Origin: Bacillota bacterium
Lineage (GTDB): Bacteria; Bacillota; Clostridia; Saccharofermentanales; DTU023
NCBI GenBank assembly: GCA_023622515.1
Contig: JAMNZB010000016.1
Span: 3,118 to 67,117, forward strand
DNA length: 64,000 bases
Direction: 5' to 3'
The notes below the pieces were generated by a model, which was given only the letters and a program-made list of their open reading frames with translations, made no database searches and was not told the origin of the DNA. The position numbers and the translations under genes were made by a program. Shown here piece by piece: positions 24,545 through 35,096 of this stretch (within the stretch, counting starts at the first letter, position 1; each line of letters starts with the position of its first letter).

Positions 24545-25942
24545 CTAATCATCAAAATCGTCATCATTGTCTTGCATGAACCAAGGTAAAATCCGCCCCT
24601 GGCCCTTTTGACTCTTAGTCTCTTTCTCTGAAGAAGCCAGCTCATCAAGAGATTCCACTTTTTGCTTATTCTCATGGCGGGTATTATCTGACACCTTTTG
24701 GATTAAATCAGCCATATCATTATCTGCCTGACGATGACGCTTTTGCGGGGCTGATTGCAACCAGGAAGGCGTTGTTGAAGCAAAACCGCTATCCTTATCC
24801 TTGCTCCTTGAAGCACTGCTATCCAGATTAAAGGCACTGGGACGACTGCCGGACCTGGAAGTATTCGGTCTTAAGAAATTGGGAAAGCCATCATCAAATG
24901 CCGGCGTTTCTGTCCTTCTTTCGCGAGCAGGTGCGGGCGGGCGATTATAGGCACTTTGTCTGGGACGGCCGCCGGACTCTTGGTCAAAACCGCTTGCAAT
25001 GACCGTGATCATCAGCTCATCTTGCATATTTTCATCAATAACTGCACCGAAAATAATATCGGCGTCCGGCGAAACGGCATCACGCACTACTGAAGCAGCC
25101 TCATCAATTTCACGAATCTTCAGGTCATGTCCACCGGTAAAATTGATAAGCACCCCTCTTGCACCATCAATGGTAGTATCCAGTAAGGGGGAATTAATGG
25201 CTTGACGAATCGCTGTAGCTGAACGGCTCTCACCGGAAGCTTGGCCAATACCCATATGACAAATACCGGCATTGGTCATAACTCTGCGGACGTCTGCAAG
25301 GTCAAGGTTAATTAAACCGGGAACAGCAACTAAATCAGAAATGCTTGATACACCATAGCGTAATACTTGGTCAGCAAGACCGAAGGCTTCATCTACGGAT
25401 GTATCATCGCTGGCAATCTCAAGTAATTTATCGTTAGGCACTATGACTAAAGAGTCAACAAACTGTTCCAACTCCCTGATGCCACGTTCTGCATTTTGCA
25501 TACGCCTGGCTCCCTCAAAACGGAAAGGCTTCGTGACGACACCAACAGTCAAAATACCAAGTTTTCTAGCAATTTGAGCAACCACGGGAGCAGCACCTGT
25601 ACCTGTTCCACCGCCCATACCGGCTGTGATAAACAGCATATCCGTGCCTTCAATGGCTTGTTCTATTTCTTCAGCAGATTCTTCCGCCGCCTTTTGGCCA
25701 ATCTCCGGATTCGCTCCGGCGCCAAGACCCCTCGTTACCTTTTCACCGATTTGGATGCGCAATTGGGCTTTACTTCTTTGCAAACACTGATTATCCGTAT
25801 TTACAACAATAAATTCTATCCCTTGAACGGCACTGTCAATCATCCGATCAACAGCATTGCCACCACCGCCACCGACTCCGATGACTTTGATGGTTGCAAA
25901 ATGTTCTTCTTCCATACCAAATCCCATCTGATAATCAATCAA
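24545..25942 (-). CDS. ftsZ: Cell division protein FtsZ
   Basis: Motifs: [32 protein letters not shown]. It has a long disordered linker and a C-terminal peptide (RILPWFMQD). The start is placed at the TTG at 25942, 7 nt after AAGGAG; the ATG at 25927 is the alternative. The track ORF start at 26017 looks too far upstream. Confidence 0.9.
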   Translation of the reverse strand: MIDYQMGFGMEEEHFATIKVIGVGGGGGNAVDRMIDSAVQGIEFIVVNTDNQCLQRSKAQLRIQIGEKVTRGLGAGANPEIGQKAAEESAEEIEQAIEGTDMLFITAGMGGGTGTGAAPVVAQIARKLGILTVGVVTKPFRFEGARRMQNAERGIRELEQFVDSLVIVPNDKLLEIASDDTSVDEAFGLADQVLRYGVSSISDLVAVPGLINLDLADVRRVMTNAGICHMGIGQASGESRSATAIRQAINSPLLDTTIDGARGVLINFTGGHDLKIREIDEAASVVRDAVSPDADIIFGAVIDENMQDELMITVIASGFDQESGGRPRQSAYNRPPAPARERRTETPAFDDGFPNFLRPNTSRSGSRPSAFNLDSSASRSKDKDSGFASTTPSWLQSAPQKRHRQADNDMADLIQKVSDNTRHENKQKVESLDELASSEKETKSQKGQGRILPWFMQDNDDDFDD

Positions 25943-26108
25943 AAGAACAACTCCTTTCCAGCGATTAATCCCCCAATTTGCAGCATTGCAACTTGTCATT
26001 ACAATCTTACAAGTCATTTTGCGTTAAAGTCTAATCGCCCTTATAGACTATTTGAATTATTAATTCTTTCTTTATTCTACACGAGTTAAGGCAGTATAAC
26101 AAGTTTAT

Positions 26109-26137
26109 ATATTACATTTTCATTTCAGTATTGACAA
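26109..26137 (-). promoter_or_regulatory. Candidate sigma-A promoter upstream of ftsZ
   Basis: Minus strand: TTGTCA, 17 nt spacer, TAATAT. Confidence 0.5.
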
Positions 26138-26228
26138 GATTATCTTCTTGAGAATTACGTCTTTACTTCTTTTCGATTTAATTAATTTTCAAATATTCTG
26201 CCCTTACAACTTATTTTTCTTCCAATAG

Positions 26229-27695
26229 CTAGGGGGCATCCCAAGTCATCGTTTCTTCATGATCTTTTTCGGCTGGCCGGAAGACAATTTGTGACCCATA
26301 TACATCAAGCGTACCGGGTAACTTATCCTTGAGTATTCCGCTGTCCAGAATCCTTTTCAACCACAAAAAGTCATTTTTCAAATTGTCTGTGCTGGTACAA
26401 GAAACAAGCAACTCTTGTCCACTATTGTCCGGTTCGAATGTTAAAAGGATTCTTTGGTAGCCTGAACTACGAATTTCTTTTGTCTGAGAAAGTAAGGAGA
26501 GGCTGCTACCCTGGCTTTCAAAATCTGCTTCAACCAGCGAACTCATTACTGCAACGCATGCCTTCAGGGCATCATCGGCATTTGTTTTTATTTCCTCACC
26601 TATTTTCATTTTAACGGCTTGAATTCCTTTAATCGCCGGTAAACTCTTAGGGACACTGTAGTAGGTCCCGCAAACGACACCAAAACGATCTATGGTTGCA
26701 TATACGTCATCAACATCAATGAAGGCTACCGGTACGCGTTCCTTGATTTCAAAGAGAACCGTTCCGGGAAAACGGTAACGGATTTCTACTTCCTTGAATT
26801 GCGGAAAGGCCTCTTTCACTCTCTGCCTTGCCTTACCATAACTACCGGTAAGCAAGGCATTTATCGAACCGCCAAAACCTTGCAGAAAATGCTGTCCTTC
26901 CTTTATCTGGCTTACCTCAAGGACCCTAGAAAACTTCTCAAAGAACAACTCCGTGTGCTCAATATTTTGCAAACGAAAGGCCGGGGAAAGAAGAAAAGAC
27001 AGCAAGACAAGTAGGACTAGGCTGATAAAAAGAATTTTACGCGCATTGTCTATCATGAAAGTCGTCATTTTTCTGTTGACAACTTTAACTTTCAGCTCCG
27101 GAGGTTTTTTCTCACTCTCCCCGTTTAAGGGAAGCTGCTCTTTCTTATCGGCTTTATCTTGCTCCTCTCCCCCTTTATCACTAGCTCGCCTATTAGGGGG
27201 ATTTTTTTCATTTTGACCCTTAGGCAGGGCACTTTTTCGCTTTATATTCTTTTCTAATTTTGCCTGCCTAAGAGCGGGCTGACCATTCTCTTGAGGAGGC
27301 CCCTCTTTTTTCTGCCCGCTGGCTGAAACTTTTCCTTCATTGCCACTTGCTCCTTTAACCGGTCTGACAACCGGCAGGGCTTCTTCTTTGACAGGCTTCT
27401 TTTTTTTAATTTTTTCTACTTTAGCCTTCGCAGCCTTTACTTGTCCGGCCTGCCCTCTCGATAATTCTTGTGAAGGGCTGCCGACTTGACCCTTTTGCTT
27501 ATCTTGCTTTGCTCTTCTTGTTCTTGCCGCATGCTTATTTTTAGCATTCCAGCTCTCTAGGGTTTGTTTAATTTCGTCCTGATTTGTTTGAAGCGCCGGC
27601 TGCTTTGAGGGCGGCCTTTTTACCTTCCACTCAGCTTTTATTCGATTCGAAGCTATAGGAGCAGCAGGCTGTTTTCTTGTTTTTTCTTTGTCCAT
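26229..27695 (-). CDS. ftsQ: Cell division protein FtsQ/DivIB with a long Lys/Pro/Gln-rich N-terminal extension
   Basis: 488 aa. About 215 aa of basic low-complexity cytoplasmic tail, one TM helix (ILFISLVLLVLLSFLL), then POTRA/FtsQ-type ectodomain length. Located between murG and ftsZ. Confidence 0.75.
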   Translation of the reverse strand: MDKEKTRKQPAAPIASNRIKAEWKVKRPPSKQPALQTNQDEIKQTLESWNAKNKHAARTRRAKQDKQKGQVGSPSQELSRGQAGQVKAAKAKVEKIKKKKPVKEEALPVVRPVKGASGNEGKVSASGQKKEGPPQENGQPALRQAKLEKNIKRKSALPKGQNEKNPPNRRASDKGGEEQDKADKKEQLPLNGESEKKPPELKVKVVNRKMTTFMIDNARKILFISLVLLVLLSFLLSPAFRLQNIEHTELFFEKFSRVLEVSQIKEGQHFLQGFGGSINALLTGSYGKARQRVKEAFPQFKEVEIRYRFPGTVLFEIKERVPVAFIDVDDVYATIDRFGVVCGTYYSVPKSLPAIKGIQAVKMKIGEEIKTNADDALKACVAVMSSLVEADFESQGSSLSLLSQTKEIRSSGYQRILLTFEPDNSGQELLVSCTSTDNLKNDFLWLKRILDSGILKDKLPGTLDVYGSQIVFRPAEKDHEETMTWDAP

Positions 27696-27698
27696 TAA

Positions 27699-28841
27699 CT
27701 ACTCCTCATCAGCTGTTTGTTTTAAAATTGCCGCAATATCTGCTGCCGCCTTCTCTTTTGCCAGAGACATCATGGCCTTTTCCATGTTCCTTCTTTTTGT
27801 TTCGTCATGAAAAAGCTGATAAATATAGGAAAATAACCTGTCTCCTGTAAATTCACGGTCATTCACTTTCAAGGCTGCACCACGGTCAGCATAGATTTGG
27901 GCATTTACTTCTTGATGGTTGTCTGCAGCCTCAGGAAAAGGAATCAGTATGCTCGCTTTGCCGCAGGCAGCTGCCTCTGCCAAGAAACCCGCCCCAGCTC
28001 GCCCAACCAGCAAGTCGGAGGCCGGCATCCATAAGCTTGTATCTATGAACTCTTCAACCCTTACTTGTTCACTTTCAATCTGCTCCTCCCGGATAAAAAT
28101 TTTGTTCACTTTTCCCGCGCTAAGCAAAAGTTTAACCTGCGGATATGCTGTTATAAAGTCTTGCCAAGACTTCGATTTCACCATTTGAACAACAGCCTCA
28201 TTGATTGTTTTAGCCCCGAGGCTGCCACCGAGGCATACAATGAGAAAGTCACTCTCACTAAGAGATAAGGCCTTTCGAACAGTCTCTTTGCGGTTTGTAA
28301 AAAAATCAGGATGAACCGGATTGCCAAGATAGGCAAATTCCTTCTTATGGGGCTTGGGAAAATACTGTTCAGCACTGGGAAAACTTAAAAAGATTTGCCG
28401 GCTGAATGTTGAAAGTAAGCGATTCGTTCTGCCCGGCAAAGCATTTTGCTCATGCAAAAAAGCCGGAACCCGAGCTAATTTTGCTGCTAATATTGCGGCT
28501 GCTGATACATAGCCTCCTGTTCCGAGAACAAGCTTTGTTTGATATTTTTTCATTATACGAAAGGCCCTAAGGACACTGAACAGCGTATTATAAATAAAAC
28601 CGGGCCAATCTCTCCATTTTCGCGGATAGGCACTGGCCCTGATTATCTCATAGGAATGGCCGCTTTTTGAAACCAATTCATACTCTAAGCCTTCTTTGGT
28701 AACAAGAAAGAGCATTTCTGCGTCCGGATCATTCCGCTTCAACTCATCAGCAACACGCAAAGCAGGATTGATATGCCCTGCCGTTCCTCCTCCGGCAAAA
28801 AAGTAAGCTTTTTTCTTTTCCCTAGCTTTTTCCTTTAGCAT
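27699..28841 (-). CDS. murG: UDP-GlcNAc:lipid I GlcNAc transferase MurG
   Basis: 380 aa. GGGTAGHINPAL motif and a C-terminal GRAGAG..E motif; dcw context. Confidence 0.95.
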   Translation of the reverse strand: MLKEKAREKKKAYFFAGGGTAGHINPALRVADELKRNDPDAEMLFLVTKEGLEYELVSKSGHSYEIIRASAYPRKWRDWPGFIYNTLFSVLRAFRIMKKYQTKLVLGTGGYVSAAAILAAKLARVPAFLHEQNALPGRTNRLLSTFSRQIFLSFPSAEQYFPKPHKKEFAYLGNPVHPDFFTNRKETVRKALSLSESDFLIVCLGGSLGAKTINEAVVQMVKSKSWQDFITAYPQVKLLLSAGKVNKIFIREEQIESEQVRVEEFIDTSLWMPASDLLVGRAGAGFLAEAAACGKASILIPFPEAADNHQEVNAQIYADRGAALKVNDREFTGDRLFSYIYQLFHDETKRRNMEKAMMSLAKEKAAADIAAILKQTADEE

Positions 28842-28843
28842 TT

Positions 28844-30256
28844 CTACTGACCATTCAAGCTTGACGTATACTTGCGAGAAGCTTTCCGCCTTCTGCTTAA
28901 CCTTTGAACATATTTATTATCCTCTACTATTATTGCTTTCAAGGCCGGGTCCAATTTCTGCCCGTTCCGGGAGACGGATAAAATAAAGCCTACAGCAAGT
29001 AAGAAAAAGATATGCGATGAGCCTCCATAACTGAAAAAAGGAAGGGATATTCCGGTAGGCGGAATAACTTCGGCGGCAACTCCGATATTGAAGAGAGCCT
29101 GAATGGTAATCAAAACTGTAGATCCCCAGGATAAAAGTGCCGCAAATTGGCTATTGCTTTGCAGGGTAATCCGCATACCGAAAAAGAAAAACAGAAAGAA
29201 TAAAACGATAACGGAGAAGCTACCTAAAAAGCCTAATTCCTCACCTATAGAAGGCAGTATAAAGTCGTTATATACCATTGGCAAAAATCCGGACTTCTGT
29301 TGTCCCATTCCCAGACCTTTGCCGGTTAACCCTCCCGAGCCTAGAGCAAAGCGGGCCTGCAAGGTCTGGTGAATACTGTCCCGACTTGCCTCTTCCGGAT
29401 TGGAAAAGGTTTCCAAGCGGGCAAAGACATGGGCAAAACGTTCACTAATAAAAGTAAAGAAGCTATCCCCATCATTTAGCAGGGGGTAGGCAAATGTAAG
29501 CAGGATTACAGCAATCAAAAGAAGAGGCAGAATTTGTATAAGACCACTAATCCAGGTTTTTAAAGGGATATTGGCAAAAATGAACATAGAAAAAACGAGA
29601 CCAAAAAAGATTAAGGCGCCGGATAAATGAGGCTGGGCTGCAATAAGAACAAACCAGAGTCCCATGAACATTACAGGAGCAATAATATATAAGCGACCGT
29701 CAATTTTCACCTGTTCTCTGGCGTCTTCGGCAATCCAGCGACCTTTTTCCTGGCATTTGCGGATGTAGGGGAAATATATGGCAAGGCAATAAATGGCAGC
29801 TACCTTACACATTTCGGAAGGCTGGAACTGGATAGGACCGATAGCCAGCCACCTTGTTGCCCCATAGTCACCCACAACACCGGCAAACATAACAAGCAGT
29901 AAAGACAGGGTACTCACAGCATAGACGGCTATGGCAAAAATCATGCGATTATATACTTTTAGAGGAATTCGGGTAAGAACAATAATAGCAACACAGCCGA
30001 CAATGGTAAAAACAAACTGCCTGCGTACATAATATAAGGGATCACCCCAATCCGCATAGGCAGAGCTCAGACTAGCCGAAAACAGCATGATTAAGCCGAA
30101 ACTTAATAGCACCAATAAGAGAAACAGAAGGGGAAGGTCCACTCTGCCGTAACGTGCCAAATCAAGCTTTGCCTGCGTCATTTTTCTTTCCTGATCGGCT
30201 TTACGCTCCTGCTCCGCCTTATATTTTCTCGCTTTTCCTAAATCACTGACAGCCAC
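28844..30256 (-). CDS. ftsW: SEDS-family peptidoglycan glycosyltransferase FtsW/SpoVE
   Basis: 470 aa polytopic membrane protein. Has the conserved C-terminal PPTGISLPFFSYGGSS motif. Lies between mraY and murG. Confidence 0.9.
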   Translation of the reverse strand: MAVSDLGKARKYKAEQERKADQERKMTQAKLDLARYGRVDLPLLFLLLVLLSFGLIMLFSASLSSAYADWGDPLYYVRRQFVFTIVGCVAIIVLTRIPLKVYNRMIFAIAVYAVSTLSLLLVMFAGVVGDYGATRWLAIGPIQFQPSEMCKVAAIYCLAIYFPYIRKCQEKGRWIAEDAREQVKIDGRLYIIAPVMFMGLWFVLIAAQPHLSGALIFFGLVFSMFIFANIPLKTWISGLIQILPLLLIAVILLTFAYPLLNDGDSFFTFISERFAHVFARLETFSNPEEASRDSIHQTLQARFALGSGGLTGKGLGMGQQKSGFLPMVYNDFILPSIGEELGFLGSFSVIVLFFLFFFFGMRITLQSNSQFAALLSWGSTVLITIQALFNIGVAAEVIPPTGISLPFFSYGGSSHIFFLLAVGFILSVSRNGQKLDPALKAIIVEDNKYVQRLSRRRKASRKYTSSLNGQ

Positions 30257-30286
30257 GATACACCTCTCTCCTTCAATCCGGCTCTC

Positions 30287-31273
30287 CTATACAAGAAAAA
30301 TACCAAGAATCCCTGCAATCAAGCCAACAGCGGAAAAAACGATGACTACTTTTTGCTCTGACCAGCCGCCTAATTCAAAATGATGATGCAGGGGGGCCAT
30401 GCGGAAAAGGCGCTTGCCCTTTGTCCGCTTAAAATAAAGCGTCTGCAGCAGAGAAGAAAGCCCTTCTAAAATAAAGACCAGACCATGAAACAACATGATC
30501 CAGGGAAAACCGGCTAGCAAGGCAATAACCGCCAGGCCTACACCGAGGGAAAGAGAGCCTGTATCACCCATGAATATCTTCGCGGGATGGCGATTATAAA
30601 ATAGAAAGGCAAGAACCCCTGCAGCCAAAATCAGACAAAGCTCCATTAAAGGCATCATGCCCTCTTTATCTATCCGGCATAAGGCAGGAATCAAGGCCAG
30701 GGAAGAGATAAATACCAAGGAGGAGCACAATCCGTCAACTCCGTCAGATATATTTACTGCATTAGCCATAAAAAATAAATACAGAACGATAAAAATGAAG
30801 TATAAAACTTTTCCGAAGCCTGTCACGGTAAGGGGCCCGGCTCCTAAGGGCAAGCGAAATATAATCTCTTGTCCGCTGAAAAACAGATAGTATAAGGCAA
30901 AAAGCGAGCTTGCCAGTCCAAGGGCAAGACTTTTTTGTTTTACAGAAATTCCCCCCTTGTGTATCTTAACTTTTGTATAGTCATCCCAGAAGCCTATCGC
31001 AGCGAAAACAAAGATAAGCAGCATGCTTACATGAAAATTATCAAATTCTCTCTTTGTAATGAGCCGTAAAAGAAAAACAAACAAATAGGGAATCAAAAAG
31101 AAGAGACCCCCGAATGTCGGTGTTCCTGTTTTTACAAAATGAGTCGCCGGTCCATCCTCACGAACAACTTGCCGCAAACCGACTTTCTTAATGATAGGGA
31201 GGGCAAAATGACCCGTTATCATACTCAGGCCGAAGACCATAAGTGTTTGAATAAAAATTCTTGCCATATTCAC
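30287..31273 (-). CDS. mraY: Phospho-N-acetylmuramoyl-pentapeptide transferase
   Basis: 328 aa. Motifs: NAVNISDGVDGL and APLHHHFE. Confidence 0.95.
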   Translation of the reverse strand: MNMARIFIQTLMVFGLSMITGHFALPIIKKVGLRQVVREDGPATHFVKTGTPTFGGLFFLIPYLFVFLLRLITKREFDNFHVSMLLIFVFAAIGFWDDYTKVKIHKGGISVKQKSLALGLASSLFALYYLFFSGQEIIFRLPLGAGPLTVTGFGKVLYFIFIVLYLFFMANAVNISDGVDGLCSSLVFISSLALIPALCRIDKEGMMPLMELCLILAAGVLAFLFYNRHPAKIFMGDTGSLSLGVGLAVIALLAGFPWIMLFHGLVFILEGLSSLLQTLYFKRTKGKRLFRMAPLHHHFELGGWSEQKVVIVFSAVGLIAGILGIFLV

Positions 31274-32736
31274 TCTCCTTTACTTCTTTGCAGAATCGCC
31301 TCATGGATTTTCTCCATTTCATAGAAGCGAGATCCTTTTAGCAAGACAGCATCACCTTCCTGTAACACATCTAAAATAACCGGGATGACCTCATCTGTCG
31401 AGGCAAAGTAATGCCTTTCAATCTGAGCGGAACTTTCCTGTAAACCCTCAAGAAGCCACTTCATTTCTTCGCCAACCAAAAGTAAAAGGTCAACCGGATT
31501 ATCCAGCAGAAATTTTCCTATTTCCTTGTGCAATTCTTCTTCGTAATTCCCAAGCTCCTTGATGCCGCCAAGACAGGCAATGCTTCGCCTATCAGAACTA
31601 AGGAGGCGTAAGTTTTCAAGGGCAGAAATGGTGGACTCAGGGGAAGCATTGTAGGAGTCATCTATGATGATATTTTCGCCTATTTCTACTATGTTTTGCC
31701 GGTTTCCCGTATTATGAAAATGAATACAATCTTTGGCTGCTTGTTTCAAATCCAGTCCCAAGGCATAGGCGGATGCTAAGGCAAATAAAGCTGCTCTGAC
31801 CAGATATTTCCCGGGAGCCGGGATGGTGATATTCACCACTGTCTCCGGATCCAAATCGTTATGAGCCTCAAAAGTTGTGCTTTGTGGAGTCAGGGTCAGC
31901 TTTTCCGCCCAAAAAGAAGGAATATTTTCCGGCTGTTCCTGTGGTTTCTCATTACTGATAGACCAAATGGAAATATCACTTTCAACTGTCTTAGCCCAAT
32001 TGACCAAACTCCTATCTTGTCCATTAATCAAGACTAGGCCATTGCTCTTCATACCACAAATTATTTTTGTTTTCTCTTTAAGAATATTTTTTCTACTGCC
32101 TATATATTCTGCATGACTATAACCTATACTCGTAAGAATAGCGATGTCCGGCTTACTAATATTGCTTAGTCTTTCAATCTCACCAACCCGGTCCATCCCT
32201 AATTCAGCAACAATAACATCGTCATCATCATCCGCTTCTAACAGGGTCAAAGGAACACCAACCAGGTTGTTTTGATTGTTAGCCGTTTCATGGGTGCAAA
32301 CTTGGCGTGAAATAACCTCACTGACCATACGACGGGTTGTTGTCTTGCCGACACTACCGGTAATAGCTATTACACTGGCCAGCAGGGTTGAACGATAGCC
32401 GGCAGCAATTTCTCCATAAGCAACTAAGCCGTCTTCTACAATGAGTAGGTCAGGGATATCTTCTTTAGCCTCATATTTATCTAAAAATACTTTTGCCGCT
32501 TTGGATGATTTTTCTATAACCAGGGCTGACGCTCCGGCTTTGACCGCCTCGACTAAAAAATCATGCCCATCAAAGCGCTCACCCTTTAAGGCCAAGAAGA
32601 TTTCGCCACTGCGAATACTTCGTGTATCCGTGCTTATACCACGGTAGAAATGCTCACTGTCATTTTTGTTTTTTTCACTCATTAAAAGCTCACCATTGGT
32701 CCATGCTTTTATTTGTGCCGGTAGAAACCTCGCCAT
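31270..32736 (-). CDS. murF: UDP-MurNAc-tripeptide--D-Ala-D-Ala ligase
   Basis: 488 aa. Mur ligase P-loop ITGSVGKTTT and DDSYNASP. The stop overlaps the mraY start. Confidence 0.9.
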   Translation of the reverse strand: MARFLPAQIKAWTNGELLMSEKNKNDSEHFYRGISTDTRSIRSGEIFLALKGERFDGHDFLVEAVKAGASALVIEKSSKAAKVFLDKYEAKEDIPDLLIVEDGLVAYGEIAAGYRSTLLASVIAITGSVGKTTTRRMVSEVISRQVCTHETANNQNNLVGVPLTLLEADDDDDVIVAELGMDRVGEIERLSNISKPDIAILTSIGYSHAEYIGSRKNILKEKTKIICGMKSNGLVLINGQDRSLVNWAKTVESDISIWSISNEKPQEQPENIPSFWAEKLTLTPQSTTFEAHNDLDPETVVNITIPAPGKYLVRAALFALASAYALGLDLKQAAKDCIHFHNTGNRQNIVEIGENIIIDDSYNASPESTISALENLRLLSSDRRSIACLGGIKELGNYEEELHKEIGKFLLDNPVDLLLLVGEEMKWLLEGLQESSAQIERHYFASTDEVIPVILDVLQEGDAVLLKGSRFYEMEKIHEAILQRSKGE

Positions 32737-32759
32737 AACAAACCTCTTTCTTACCTGAC

Positions 32760-34997
32760 TTAAGGCAGTTCTAAAACAACGCTGAGCACACTGCCGAAAA
32801 GAACGGAATCGCCGGGATTGCCGGTCGCCCCTTCCGCCAAAGCCGAGTTATATAAAACCCTTTGGCTCACACAATTGCCAGTCAAGTTACCTTCAAATTG
32901 CGCCACAAGGCCTACTTGGTTGCAAGCGCTGATAACTTCATTGTAATTCATCTGACTTAAGTCCGGGATAACTGTATATTTTTTTTCAGGAATTTCACTG
33001 TAGACATAGATGTTGGTTCCTGGGTAAATCAAAGTATCCGGTAGCGGTGACTGGGCGGCGATTTTAGAATCACCGAAAGTCTTTTCATCACCGGCAACAA
33101 CGGAAATTTGTTGGTAGGTCATTTGCTGTGCAGCTTGAGAAACGGTTAGGCCAATCATGTTGGGCGTGTGAATTGATTTACCTAACTTATAAGCATCCTC
33201 ATCAGTGTACAGGCGGTCAACATTTAGATAATCCAAAATCCTGGAACAGGTATTTTGCGTAACAATTTGCGCCTCTGAACCACCAACTTTGTTATTACTG
33301 GGTTTTTGTAAAATCATGAGGACAATAATTTCCGGGTGCTCAATAGGAGCCGCTGCTACAAAAGAAACCGTAACCTGGTTGGTTATTTCATCTGTAGATG
33401 TCGATGTTTTTCCCCCCATATTATAGCCCCAGGTATTTGTATATGAGCTGGAATGCTTTACCATTCCTTCCATCAGATTACGAACCCTTGCCGATGTTTC
33501 TGAAGAAATGACTCTACGCGTCACATTGGGCGATGATGCTTGGAGAATTTGACCATCAATATTCCTTACCTCTTTTATTACCGTGGGCGTAACTAATTTA
33601 CCACCGTTCACCAGGGCTGCAAAAGAACGTGCCAAGTGCATAGGGGTTACTCCGGAAGACTCACCAAAGGATAAATTAGCTAAGTCCAGGAGCGAGGGAT
33701 TGGTGTGGAAAATACAAGAAGCTTCACCGGGTAGGCCTATGCCCGTTGATTCATAAAAACCAAAAGCGTGCATGTAGTTGTAATACCTTTCGATGCCTAT
33801 ATCCAGGGCGACCTGGACAAAAACAGTATTGCTGGAGTTCCAAAAGGCTTGCTCCAGGCTTTGTTGTCCCAAGGCCTCGCCATAGCTGGAAATTTCTGCA
33901 TCAAGGATTGTGATGGGTAGGTCACTGTACCAGGTGTTTTCGGAACTGGTGTTTTCTTCAAGGGCAATAGCGGCGGTAAGGGCCTTCATTGTAGAGCCCG
34001 CCTCATACAAGCTGGAGATATTTTTGTTTCGCCAAGCATGTTCTTGCAGCCAGGCAATATCCTCTTCACTTGTCGGATCCCAGTCATCAGGATCGATTCC
34101 GGAAGGGGCTGCTGTGGGGTCATCACTTTTAAAGTAGGGATAGGAGGCCATGGCATAAATTTCTCCGGTATAGGGATTCATAACAATACCCATACCGTCT
34201 TCTACAGCATCATAGGCTTTAATTGCAGCTTCCAAGTCTTCCTGGAGAATTTTCTGAATATTGATATCAATAGTACTGACTATGTTCGCCCCATCCACAC
34301 GCTCTTTTTCTTGCGTCTGAGAATAGGGTAAGTAGCCATGACTTAAGTAGTTATCCCGCGCCGCATAGGTATAACCGGACTCACCGGACAGAATAGCGTC
34401 ATAGGCAAGTTCCATCCCTAAGCGCCCCTCAATCCGGCCATCATTATAACTGGCAAAACCAAGCACTTGGCTCGCCAAATCACCGTTTAAGTAATATCGT
34501 TTCGGTTCCTTGTCTAAGCGCACTCCGCCAATCCAATTTTGGTTTAAATATTCGGCCAGCTTTTTGCCAATATCTTCGGGAACATCTTTGGCCAGTTGAA
34601 CATAACTTGCCTCTTGGTCCTTCAAGGCATCTTCCACCAGCTTGTAATCAAGGTCAAGGATTTCACTTATCTTTTCTGTAATATCTTCCTTACGGATACT
34701 GGAATCCAGCCTTGAATAAACATGTCTCGGGGTAACACCAATCCGATAAACAAAGCTTGAAGCGGCTAATTTAACACCATTACGGTCATAAATGCCCCCT
34801 CTTCTTGCCGGATCTACCTGATTGGAGTAATACTGCTCAGAGGCAGCAAGCGCGGTGTCTTTATGCTCAATAACCTGAATCTTAAAAAGGGCAAAAGTCA
34901 AGACAAGCGAAAATAAAAAAACAAAGACGAAGGTTACCCTGACCGCCCCTAGATTGAATCGTCTATTTCGTACTTTCTTTTTAGCCATTTTCACCAC
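32760..34997 (-). CDS. Class B penicillin-binding protein (FtsI/PBP2B/SpoVD type) with two C-terminal PASTA domains
   Basis: 745 aa with an N-terminal TM helix. Motifs: GSTMK (SxxK), SSN (SxN), and GGKTSTS where KTG is expected. Two PASTA-like repeats sit at the C-terminus. Confidence 0.9.
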   Translation of the reverse strand: MVKMAKKKVRNRRFNLGAVRVTFVFVFLFSLVLTFALFKIQVIEHKDTALAASEQYYSNQVDPARRGGIYDRNGVKLAASSFVYRIGVTPRHVYSRLDSSIRKEDITEKISEILDLDYKLVEDALKDQEASYVQLAKDVPEDIGKKLAEYLNQNWIGGVRLDKEPKRYYLNGDLASQVLGFASYNDGRIEGRLGMELAYDAILSGESGYTYAARDNYLSHGYLPYSQTQEKERVDGANIVSTIDINIQKILQEDLEAAIKAYDAVEDGMGIVMNPYTGEIYAMASYPYFKSDDPTAAPSGIDPDDWDPTSEEDIAWLQEHAWRNKNISSLYEAGSTMKALTAAIALEENTSSENTWYSDLPITILDAEISSYGEALGQQSLEQAFWNSSNTVFVQVALDIGIERYYNYMHAFGFYESTGIGLPGEASCIFHTNPSLLDLANLSFGESSGVTPMHLARSFAALVNGGKLVTPTVIKEVRNIDGQILQASSPNVTRRVISSETSARVRNLMEGMVKHSSSYTNTWGYNMGGKTSTSTDEITNQVTVSFVAAAPIEHPEIIVLMILQKPSNNKVGGSEAQIVTQNTCSRILDYLNVDRLYTDEDAYKLGKSIHTPNMIGLTVSQAAQQMTYQQISVVAGDEKTFGDSKIAAQSPLPDTLIYPGTNIYVYSEIPEKKYTVIPDLSQMNYNEVISACNQVGLVAQFEGNLTGNCVSQRVLYNSALAEGATGNPGDSVLFGSVLSVVLELP

Positions 34998-35096
34998 TTA
35001 CTACATCATCTCAGCCTTACATCTTGGCATCTCTATTTACAAAATTAATTTCAATGACATCATGTTGTTAACACATTCTAATAGCTATTTTATTCA

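Noticed and set aside
25496-26089. 197-aa plus-strand ORF
   Set aside because: It is entirely antisense to the ftsZ GTPase domain, with low-complexity translation and no RBS.
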